From Acidobacteriota bacterium (GTDB lineage: Bacteria; Acidobacteriota; Blastocatellia; Chloracidobacteriales; JADJPF01), in the NCBI GenBank assembly GCA_016213785.1, contig JACQZQ010000071.1, positions 15,377-79,376 on the forward strand: a DNA stretch of 64,000 bases, read 5' to 3'. Below, one piece after another: positions 27,647 to 36,354 of this stretch. The notes beneath the pieces are model-generated. The model ran no database searches. It saw nothing but the letters and a program-made list of their open reading frames with translations, and was not told the DNA's origin. The translations under genes and the position numbers were made by a program. Each line of letters begins with the position of its first letter. Position 1 is the first letter of the stretch.

Positions 27647-30600
27647 TTACTCCTCCATTACTAATCTAAAACCAACAGCCATTTCACGAGCACTAGGTGT
27701 AGCAGAAGCCCTATCGGCTGACCTACAATTTGTAAACCAACTTCCTCCTCTAACAACTCGAGCATGCCCTGTATTGGGGCCTTTAGGATCTACAAGATGT
27801 TCTTTAGGATAATCACCATACCAATCTAAACAAAACTCCCAAACATTCCCATACATATCATATAAGCCCCAAGGGTTGGATTTTTTTAAGCCTACAACAT
27901 TAAGTTTATCCAAGGAATTGTTTACATACCAGGCCATCTCATCTAAATTTCCAGAGTGAGAGCCTTTAGTTCCAGCACGACAAGCATACTCCCATTCTGA
28001 CTCTGTAGGAAGACGGTATTTTTTTCCTGTAGCTTTTGATAGCCTAGCACAAAACTCTACAGCGTCTTCCCAGCTTATGTTATTTACTGGAAAATATTCT
28101 CCTTTTAAGAAAAAAGATGATGAGTTAAGAGATTTGTTAATTTTTGGTAATGCTACTACAGCTTTCCATTGTTCTTGGGTAATCTCATATTTGCCAATAT
28201 AAAACCCAGAAGAAATCGTTACTTTATGCAAGTTTTCATCTACATTGTGACCTTGCTCTTCTAAAGGTGAACCCATATCAAAAACTCCTGCCGAAATCTT
28301 AACCAGTTCTATTTTTATTCCACTACCTAAGTCTTCTACATATAAGTTATTATCTAAGTTGTTATCTAAGCTATTATTTAAGCTATTTTTTGAGATTTCG
28401 TTAGTTTCTATATTTTCAGGATTTACCGATTTTTTTAATTCAGGTATTATCAAACGACCTTCTTGCAAATACATATTAACTTTTTCTTTAACTACTTTTG
28501 AAACTTCTGAAGGAATGTGTGTTTCTGCTACTATTTGCCATATTTTTGCCTTTTTGTCTTCGCTTGCAGTTAGTATTTTTTCTCCTTTTCCAGAAAAGAT
28601 TCCACTATTTAAGCTTTCTTCATGTTCTGCTAAAGCAACAAGAAATCGACCGCTAGATTTTTCCCACATTCTTAAGGTTTTATCATAAGAACTAGTAATA
28701 ATAAATTTTCCATCAGGGCTAAACTCACCTTTTGCAATACCATCGTTATGGCCTTCTAGTATAGCTGTTAAAACCCCGCTAGTGTCCCAAAGACTAGCTT
28801 TTGTGTCAGTGCTTGTAACTAAGATATTTTTTCCATCTAAACTAAATTTAACATCAGTAATACCTGCTTGATGATTTTTTAATGTATGAAGTAATTTTCC
28901 TTCAGGTATTTGCCAGACTTTAGCTGTTTTATCAATGCTTCCTGTTATAAGGAGTTTTCCATCAGGGCTAAAATCAATGCTTACTATAGCACCCTGATGG
29001 CTGCTTAAAGTGTTTTTTAATTCCCCTGACTTGCTATCCCAAATCTTAGCAACTCTATCTGATGAAGCTGTAGCAATTAAACTGGAGTCTTTATTATAAG
29101 AAACCGCATTTATTGGGCTTTTATGATCTTCTAGGCTTTTTATTAGTCTCCCTGACCTGCTATCCCAAATCTTAGCCGTTTTATCATAACTAATTGTAAC
29201 TATTTGTTTTCCATCAGGACTAAATAGAGCTTTATTTAATCCATCTGTATGACCTGAGAGTGTAAAAAGTAAGCCACCATTAAAAACATCCCAAACCTTA
29301 GCCGTTTTATCAAGGCTTGCTGTTACTAAAAACTTTCCATCAGAGCTAAAGTTAACAGACGTTACTATATCTTCATGCCCTTTTAAGTTAAAAAGCTCTT
29401 TTCCATTCCAAACTTGCCAGAGCCTAGCCGTCTTATCTTTACTAGCAGTTGCTACTAAAGAATCATCAGGGCTAAACATAGCCATTGTAATAGCATCTGT
29501 ATGCTTATCTAATGTAACTGGAGGGCGATTTTCTACTTTTGCTAGTGCTACTGAAAGCATATACTTAAGTGCTAGGCTATCAGCCCCTTTACTATAAGCT
29601 TCGCTTAAGTAAACAGCAGCGCCTTCTAGATTGCCTCTAAGCATTTCCTGACGACCTTGCTCTTCATAAAGTTTTAAGGTTTCTAGGAGTTGTTGTTTAG
29701 TTTGATAACGTTGATAGAAGAGAACTGCTGAGCCTATTATTAATATTAGCATTGCTGCTATTATTAGGTTTCTTTTAATACGTTGGCTACGAGTAGCATC
29801 TAATATACTTGCTTGAGCAAATTCTTCTTCTAAATCGGTTAATTTGCCTTTGTAATGCGAGCGCCAAAGCTGATACTCAGCTAAGGCTTCATGTCGCCAA
29901 AGTAAGCCTTTAGGCCGACCTCGCTCTTCCCATTGACGAGCAGCAGAACGAAGTTGATCGCGAAGTCTAGCACCTTCAGCCATTTCTTGCCGCCATTTAA
30001 CTAAACGAGGCCAGGCCGAGAGTAGCGCTTCATGAATTATTTCTATACGCTCAACCCCTTTTTCTCCTTCAGTCGCAATAAGTAGTCTAGCAGAGATTAA
30101 TTTTTCTAATACTTTCTCGCTATCACTAGATTTTCCAAGTAGTTGTAAAAGTTCTGGACGAGTAAAAACGGCTCTGGTCCCTTCGCTTGTTACTAGATGG
30201 CGAAAAGCTTCTCTTACAAGCGATTGTTCTGCTTGGGTTAATTGCTGCATTAGCTCTTCAGCATGTTTAGCTAATGCCCCTACAACTCCACCCATAGCTT
30301 CGTAACTTCTTCGCCTAAGCTGCTTAAACTGTTTATCGCGTTGTTCCCAAAGTTTTGCTGTTGTAAAGGCAAGTAAGGGTAATGCACTAGGCTGCCCTAT
30401 TAGCTGATCTACTATCTCTAAAGGTAGGTTGGTGTCTTCAAATTCATAGCCTGCACGATAGGCTGGTTCTGTAAGTATCCTTAAAAGTTGTGTGGAATCA
30501 GGGGTTGTAAGAATTTCTAGCCCTTGAGAGAGTCTATCTTTTAGCCCGCGCAATTCTTTAGCTCTAACTAAAAAATCATCCCGCATAGTTAAAATTACCC

Positions 30601-33265
30601 TTACAGGGTCATCCTCTGAACGTGCTGCTGATATTATTGCTTCTACATAAAGCTTTTGTTCTTCTTTGTCTGAGCAAAGCGTTATTATTTCCTCAAATTG
30701 GTCTATTACTAATAAAAATTTACTATGCTGCCTTATAGCAAAACGGCGTAAGACTTTACCTAACGCATTTATATCTTTTTGTAGGTCTGTTTTTAGGTTA
30801 GATGAGTCTATGCCTAATTGTAATAGCTTTGAAAAAAGGGTTATAAGAGGAGAAAGCCCTGGACGGACTGTTAAAACTTGCCAGTTTTTATCAAGCCCAG
30901 CAATAACACCTGCTTGAATAAAAGAACTTTTTCCTGCTCCTGATGAACCAATTACTGTAAGTAAAGATTGAATACGTAAACGATTTAGAAAGCTTTCGGT
31001 TTCTTTCTCCCTACCAAAGAAAAGAGCCGAATCTTGTTTAGAAAAAGAGGTTAAGCCTAAATAAGGTGATTTTTCTAATAGAATATCTGCTTGGCTTTTA
31101 TCATCATCTGTAAAAAAATGGTTTTTTAACCATTCCCAAGGTGCTTCTGTTTCTATCTCAAAGCCTTCAGGAAAGGAAACAGATTTTGCTCCACTACGTC
31201 CTTTACGCTCAAGTAAAAATACCTCCTGTAATGCTTCTGGAGTTGGAGGGGCTATTTCTACTAAAGGCCAAAGTGATAAAACTAAATAACCATTAGAATC
31301 TACTAAAATGGCTTTATTTTTAACTAAATTAGTATTTTTTAAAGTAATCCTATTAAGTTCTTTAGATACACCCATCCATTTAGTTGCCTTCTGGTCTTCT
31401 GGTATAACTAAATAATAGTCTGCTAGCCATAGTGTAGCTCTAAGTAAAACATTAAGCTTATCTAAAAATTTAATTAAAAGGGTTAGTATTTTTTCTTCTT
31501 TTAATGAAGTTGTAGAAGCAACATCTCGTTGTAAATCTAGGAGTTGAGAAAAAGTCTCTGTTAAGGGGCTAAGTTGTTCACTTCCTGAAGCAAAAAATAG
31601 TGAGACAAGTTCAGGGATAGGAAAAGCATCTCTTTTATTAGCAAAAGCACGGCATAGCTCTCTAGATAGTTCTATCCACTGTGATTCATTTAGCCCTTCT
31701 TTACGTAATGTATTTATAAATTTATTGGTTGACTCATTATCTTGTTCTTGGCTATGGGTGCTACTAACATAACTGGCTAAAGCAAGTATGCCTAAGTAAC
31801 GTACTAAAACACGAAATACTAAAAGTAGGCGATCTCTAAATTGATAAGCATTACGAGAAGCTAGTAGGCTAGCAACCGTATCAGCTAAAGGTTTTGGGGC
31901 ATTAGTAAGTATATTTTCTTTTAATATTTCATCTAAAAGAGGTAAGGTTACTTTTTCATCATCAAAATTTGTTGCTTCACGAAAGGCTTTAGCAAAATCT
32001 AGGGTTGTTTGATAGCGTTCTTCAGGTTTTTTAGCCAAAGCTTTTTGTATTACTTGATTAAGTCTTGAAGGGAGATTTTCTTTAAGTTGTGGAACGGGTT
32101 TAGCGGCATGTGCTCCATAGAGTTCAAACCCTTGTTCCTTAAATGGAAGTTCACCCATTATAACTTGATAGGCTAAAACACCTAAAGAATAAATATCGCT
32201 ACGAACATCAACATTTGCCCCATTTTGCCATTGTTCAGGCGACATATATGGAGGTGAGCCTATAAATCCTTGTGTTTTAATAGTGTATTCTTCTATATTG
32301 GTTTGACCCTCAAAGCCTTTAGGATCAGTTGCTAGCTGTTTATTAGCATCAGTCTTTTTACTTAAAAAATCAGATTTTCCATTTTTATTAACTTCATTAT
32401 TAACTTCAATAACGGTTTCTTGCCCCTTAATAACATAGTCAATAATAAGAGTTTTCTCTCCAGTAAAAACATTTTCAATGACTGTGTTTTCATTATTATC
32501 ATTATTATCATTATTATCATTAATAGCACCATTACTAGACTCATCAAAAATGGTATTTTGGCTTTTACTCCCACTACCGTTACTTCCATTACTTGAAGTT
32601 AGTTTATTAATAATAGTAAGAGTTTCTTGGGCATTATGTTTTTTTATCTGCTCAGGCTCTTGTAATTCATTAGGTAAAATAGAGAAAATACTTTCACTAG
32701 AATGCTGTTTAGCTATAGCCTTATTAGGAGAAGTACTGGCAGGACTAACATTAAGACTTAAGCCTTTAGCAATGCCAAAGTCAAGAAGTTTAGGAAGTAG
32801 TCTACCAGCACGGGAAATAACCATAACATTTGCTGGTTTTAAGTCTCGATGAATTATTCCTCGTTCGTGTGCTGTATGGACAACTTCACAAATTTTATCA
32901 AGTAGAGGGACAAATTTTTCTAAAGGTAGTGGGCCTTGGGACTTAAGTATTTTATTGAGTGGAGTACCTTGGACAAGCTCCATTGCAATCCAAAGTAGTC
33001 CATCGCTTTCGGCTCCAAATGAATAGATATGAGCACAATAAGGGTGCTCAAGACGCGATGCTAACAAGGCTTCACGCTTAAAACGCTCTATTGTAACTTG
33101 GTTAGTTCTATGACGAGTATGTAGAATTTTTATTACGGCTTCACGAGCAAGAGTTATTTGAGTAGCTTTATAAACAGCACCAAACCCACCTTCTCCTAAT
33201 TTTTCTTTAACTAAAAAATCTCCTAATGTCCTCCCAATTATTGAGTCTACTCTATTGATAGCCAT
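27647..33265 (-). CDS. Multidomain Ser/Thr kinase - STAND-type NTPase - WD40 repeats - FGE/sulfatase-modifying-factor-like domain
   Basis: Kinase (LGEGGFGAVY, HRDLKPAN, DFG, YMSPEQ); SPYLGL…FFGRE, GSSGAGKSS, IDQFEE; one TM; about 8 WD40 repeats; RLPTESEWEYACRAG, NPWGLYDMYGNVWE, RGGSW, GFRLV. Confidence 0.92.
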   Translation of the reverse strand: MAINRVDSIIGRTLGDFLVKEKLGEGGFGAVYKATQITLAREAVIKILHTRHRTNQVTIERFKREALLASRLEHPYCAHIYSFGAESDGLLWIAMELVQGTPLNKILKSQGPLPLEKFVPLLDKICEVVHTAHERGIIHRDLKPANVMVISRAGRLLPKLLDFGIAKGLSLNVSPASTSPNKAIAKQHSSESIFSILPNELQEPEQIKKHNAQETLTIINKLTSSNGSNGSGSKSQNTIFDESSNGAINDNNDNNDNNENTVIENVFTGEKTLIIDYVIKGQETVIEVNNEVNKNGKSDFLSKKTDANKQLATDPKGFEGQTNIEEYTIKTQGFIGSPPYMSPEQWQNGANVDVRSDIYSLGVLAYQVIMGELPFKEQGFELYGAHAAKPVPQLKENLPSRLNQVIQKALAKKPEERYQTTLDFAKAFREATNFDDEKVTLPLLDEILKENILTNAPKPLADTVASLLASRNAYQFRDRLLLVFRVLVRYLGILALASYVSSTHSQEQDNESTNKFINTLRKEGLNESQWIELSRELCRAFANKRDAFPIPELVSLFFASGSEQLSPLTETFSQLLDLQRDVASTTSLKEEKILTLLIKFLDKLNVLLRATLWLADYYLVIPEDQKATKWMGVSKELNRITLKNTNLVKNKAILVDSNGYLVLSLWPLVEIAPPTPEALQEVFLLERKGRSGAKSVSFPEGFEIETEAPWEWLKNHFFTDDDKSQADILLEKSPYLGLTSFSKQDSALFFGREKETESFLNRLRIQSLLTVIGSSGAGKSSFIQAGVIAGLDKNWQVLTVRPGLSPLITLFSKLLQLGIDSSNLKTDLQKDINALGKVLRRFAIRQHSKFLLVIDQFEEIITLCSDKEEQKLYVEAIISAARSEDDPVRVILTMRDDFLVRAKELRGLKDRLSQGLEILTTPDSTQLLRILTEPAYRAGYEFEDTNLPLEIVDQLIGQPSALPLLAFTTAKLWEQRDKQFKQLRRRSYEAMGGVVGALAKHAEELMQQLTQAEQSLVREAFRHLVTSEGTRAVFTRPELLQLLGKSSDSEKVLEKLISARLLIATEGEKGVERIEIIHEALLSAWPRLVKWRQEMAEGARLRDQLRSAARQWEERGRPKGLLWRHEALAEYQLWRSHYKGKLTDLEEEFAQASILDATRSQRIKRNLIIAAMLILIIGSAVLFYQRYQTKQQLLETLKLYEEQGRQEMLRGNLEGAAVYLSEAYSKGADSLALKYMLSVALAKVENRPPVTLDKHTDAITMAMFSPDDSLVATASKDKTARLWQVWNGKELFNLKGHEDIVTSVNFSSDGKFLVTASLDKTAKVWDVFNGGLLFTLSGHTDGLNKALFSPDGKQIVTISYDKTAKIWDSRSGRLIKSLEDHKSPINAVSYNKDSSLIATASSDRVAKIWDSKSGELKNTLSSHQGAIVSIDFSPDGKLLITGSIDKTAKVWQIPEGKLLHTLKNHQAGITDVKFSLDGKNILVTSTDTKASLWDTSGVLTAILEGHNDGIAKGEFSPDGKFIITSSYDKTLRMWEKSSGRFLVALAEHEESLNSGIFSGKGEKILTASEDKKAKIWQIVAETHIPSEVSKVVKEKVNMYLQEGRLIIPELKKSVNPENIETNEISKNSLNNSLDNNLDNNLYVEDLGSGIKIELVKISAGVFDMGSPLEEQGHNVDENLHKVTISSGFYIGKYEITQEQWKAVVALPKINKSLNSSSFFLKGEYFPVNNISWEDAVEFCARLSKATGKKYRLPTESEWEYACRAGTKGSHSGNLDEMAWYVNNSLDKLNVVGLKKSNPWGLYDMYGNVWEFCLDWYGDYPKEHLVDPKGPNTGHARVVRGGSWFTNCRSADRASATPSAREMAVGFRLVMEE

Positions 33266-33606
33266 ATCTTTCTACTCACTTAGGTTTTTAGAAGAGTTTT
33301 TTATGAAGAAGCCTTAAACTTGATAGTTGTAATATACACTATATTGAAATTATTTTAACCCTGAGATGGCTTAATTTTTTTATTCTTACCTAAGTTAGAG
33401 CGCATAAGCGCTATTAACTAGATTTATATAGTTAGCAGCTGTACGAAATATATCTATTTTAAAAATTTTACTTAATAAATATATTAAGGAATCTATACTA
33501 ATCTAGTGATTTGTTGATGGGTGCTTATTGAAGCTAAGCAAGACCTCATGCTAAAGTTACACGCGTTTTTTACCCCTAAACTTTATAAATTATAAAAGTA
33601 AAAACT

Positions 33607-36045
33607 ATGAGAAAATATAATCACAGAGAAATAGAACCCAAATGGCAAGAGCGATGGGAAGGGGATGACCTTTATCGCCTTGATACTGATAGAAATAAAC
33701 CTAAGTGGTATTTTTTAACCATGTTTCCTTATCCTAGTGGTCGTCTTCATATAGGCCATTGGTTTATGTATGCCCCGCCTGATGCTAAAGCTCGTTATTT
33801 ACGGATGAAAGGGGTTAATGTTTTTTTCCCAATAGGCTTTGATTCCTTTGGGCTACCAGCAGAAAACGCAGCTATTAAGCGTGGTGTTGATCCTAGAGTT
33901 TGGACTTATGACAATATGGATTATATGCGCAAAGAGTTTCGCACAATGGGTGCAAGCTATAACCGCAATCACCACGAAGTAGTTACAAGTGATCCTGATT
34001 ATTATCGTTGGACTCAATGGTTATTTATTCAATTTTTTAAGCATAATTTAGCTTATCGTAAAAAAGCCCCTGTTGATTGGTGCCCTAGGTGCAATACTTC
34101 GCTTGCTCGTGAGCAAGTAAAAGGTGATGAGCGACGTTGTGATCGTTGCCAAGCTCAAGTAATAAAAAAAGATCTTGACCAATGGTTATTTAAGATTACT
34201 AATTATGCTGAAGAATTACTTGATTTTTCTGGTATTGAATGGCCTGAACGTGTCCAAACTCTTCAAACAGAATGGATTGGCCGAAGTGAAGGCGCAGAAA
34301 TAGAATTTAAGATAGAAAATTCTAATAGCTCAATTACCGTTTTTACAACCCGCCCAGATACGGTTTTTGGTGCTACTGCTTTAGTGCTTGCTCCAGAACA
34401 TCCTCTAGTCTCTGAGCTAACTACAAAAAATAAAGCCTCAATAGAGGATTATGTATTTCAAACTAAACGAGCCTCCGAAATAGAACGACTTGCAACTACA
34501 AGAGAAAAAACAGGGCTTTGGACAGGCTCTTATGCAATACATCCTTTTACTAAAGAACCTATCCAAATTTGGATTGCTGATTATGTTTTAATGAACTATG
34601 GAACAGGGGCAATTATGTCTGTTCCTGCACACGATGAAAGAGATTTTGCTTTTGCTAAAAAATATAATTTGCCTATTCCAGTTGTCATTAAACCTGCAAA
34701 TTGGGATGGTCAAACCTTACCAAATTTAGAATCAGGCGAGATGATTAATTCTGGTGAGTTTAATGGATTATCAAATGAAGAAGGCAAAAAGGCTATTACT
34801 GAGGCTTTAGTTAAAATGAACCAAGGTAGCGCTGCTATTAACTATAGGCTACATGACTGGTTAATTAGTCGCCAACGCTATTGGGGTGCGCCAATTCCAA
34901 TTATTCATTGTCAAAACTGTGGAATGCAGCCTGTTCCAGATAATCAACTACCTGTTTTGCTACCCAGTGGAGTTCAGTTTTTACCTACAGGAGAATCTCC
35001 ATTAAAGCTTAGTAGTGAATTTAAGAATACAACTTGTCCAAAATGCCAGGGCAAAGCAGAACGTGATACGGACACAATGGATACTTTTGTTGATTCAAGC
35101 TGGTATTGGTATAGATATATAAATCCTGATGTGCCAAATGCCTTTATGGATAAGGATAAAAGTCATTGGCTACCTGTAGATGAGTATGCAGGCGGTATTG
35201 AGCATGCAACTATGCATCTACTTTATGCAAGGTTTTTTGCAAAAGCCCTAAATGATATGGGATTAGTTGACCATCGAGAACCATTTAAGAAGCTCTTTAA
35301 TCAAGGTTTAATCTTAGGTGAAGATAATCAAAAAATGAGTAAATCTCGGGGTAATGTAATTGACCCCGATAAACTTGTAGAAGAATATGGTGCTGATACT
35401 ATTCGCACTTATTTAATGTTTATTGGGCCTTGGGAAGCAGGCGGGCCTTGGTCAAGTACTGGAATTGAAGGTATTGTAAGGTTTTATAGAAAGTTGTGGA
35501 ACCTAGTCCTAGAACCTTCTTCAACAAATGATGGCGTTGCTAGCGCTACAGAGATTAGATCGCTACAACGTATACTACATAAAACCATTAACAAAGTAGG
35601 CCACGACCTAGAACACTTTCAATTTAATACTGCTGTTTCTAGTCTAATGGAACTACTTAATTATTTAATTAAGGCTAAAGATACAGCAATTAGCCAAACT
35701 CCTGAATGGAAAGAAGCAATAAAAACTCTTATCCTTTTAATTGCACCACTTGCGCCACATATTAGCGAAGAATTATGGGAGGCTTTAGGAGAAAGTTATA
35801 GTGTCCATAAAGAGTCTTGGCCTAAATATAATGCAAGTCTTGCTGCTGATGAGGTATTTACCCTAATTGTGCAAATAAATGGGAAATTACGAGAAAGAAT
35901 TGAAGGGGTTTCCCTAAGTACTACTGATGAGGAAGTAAAAGAACTTGCCCTATCTAATCCAAATGTTGCGCCACAGCTTGCTGACAAAGAAATAAAAAAT
36001 GTAATTTATGTTGCTAAACGACTTGTTAACATTGTTGTGAAATAA
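33607..36045 (+). CDS. leuS: Leucine--tRNA ligase
   Basis: MFPYPSGRLHIGH, FDSFGLPAENAA, VFTTRPDT, GTGAIMSVPAHDERD, DWLISRQRYWG, KMSKS. Confidence 0.98.
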   Translation: MRKYNHREIEPKWQERWEGDDLYRLDTDRNKPKWYFLTMFPYPSGRLHIGHWFMYAPPDAKARYLRMKGVNVFFPIGFDSFGLPAENAAIKRGVDPRVWTYDNMDYMRKEFRTMGASYNRNHHEVVTSDPDYYRWTQWLFIQFFKHNLAYRKKAPVDWCPRCNTSLAREQVKGDERRCDRCQAQVIKKDLDQWLFKITNYAEELLDFSGIEWPERVQTLQTEWIGRSEGAEIEFKIENSNSSITVFTTRPDTVFGATALVLAPEHPLVSELTTKNKASIEDYVFQTKRASEIERLATTREKTGLWTGSYAIHPFTKEPIQIWIADYVLMNYGTGAIMSVPAHDERDFAFAKKYNLPIPVVIKPANWDGQTLPNLESGEMINSGEFNGLSNEEGKKAITEALVKMNQGSAAINYRLHDWLISRQRYWGAPIPIIHCQNCGMQPVPDNQLPVLLPSGVQFLPTGESPLKLSSEFKNTTCPKCQGKAERDTDTMDTFVDSSWYWYRYINPDVPNAFMDKDKSHWLPVDEYAGGIEHATMHLLYARFFAKALNDMGLVDHREPFKKLFNQGLILGEDNQKMSKSRGNVIDPDKLVEEYGADTIRTYLMFIGPWEAGGPWSSTGIEGIVRFYRKLWNLVLEPSSTNDGVASATEIRSLQRILHKTINKVGHDLEHFQFNTAVSSLMELLNYLIKAKDTAISQTPEWKEAIKTLILLIAPLAPHISEELWEALGESYSVHKESWPKYNASLAADEVFTLIVQINGKLRERIEGVSLSTTDEEVKELALSNPNVAPQLADKEIKNVIYVAKRLVNIVVK

Positions 36046-36047
36046 TT

Positions 36048-36090
36048 AGATGAAGAGATGAAGAGATGAAGAGATGAAGAGATGAAGAGA
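36048..36090 (+). repeat. 8-bp tandem repeat (AGATGAAG)x5
   Basis: Five perfect copies plus a partial copy, starting 3 nt after the leuS stop. Confidence 0.95.
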
Positions 36091-36116
36091 GGGCAGACAC
36101 GTAGGTCTGCCCCGAC
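36091..36116 (-). repeat. REP-like palindrome
   Basis: Minus strand GTCG-GGGCAGAC-CTACGT-GTCTGCCC; GC-rich hairpin with a GTAG-like 5' tetranucleotide, as in RAYT-associated REPs. Confidence 0.6.
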
Positions 36117-36118
36117 AT

Positions 36119-36272
36119 TTGAATTTGAGAGATTGAATTTGAGAGATTAAATTTGAGAAATTGAATTTGAGAAATTGAATTTGAGAGATTGAATTTGAGA
36201 GATTGAATTTGAGAGATTGAATTTAATATTGAATCTTATAAATTTAAGAGATTGAATTTAATATTGAATCTT
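36119..36272 (+). repeat. 14-bp tandem repeat (TTGAATTTGAGAGA)x7 with degenerate tail
   Basis: Seven units at 36119-36216 (units 3 and 4 variant), then two copies of TTGAATTTAATATTGAATCTTA. Confidence 0.93.
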
Positions 36273-36354
36273 AAGCCACGTAGTGGCTAGGGATAATAAC
36301 CTTGCCTTAAAGTAATTATTTTAATTTAAGAAATTTGAAATTCTATATAACCTT

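Noticed and set aside
33266-33606. T-box or attenuator upstream of leuS
   Set aside because: No T-box consensus (AAGGTGGTACC-like) and no terminator/antiterminator pair visible.
36048-36272. Possible CRISPR array
   Set aside because: Units are 8 and 14 bp, head-to-tail with no unique spacers, and no cas genes are nearby.
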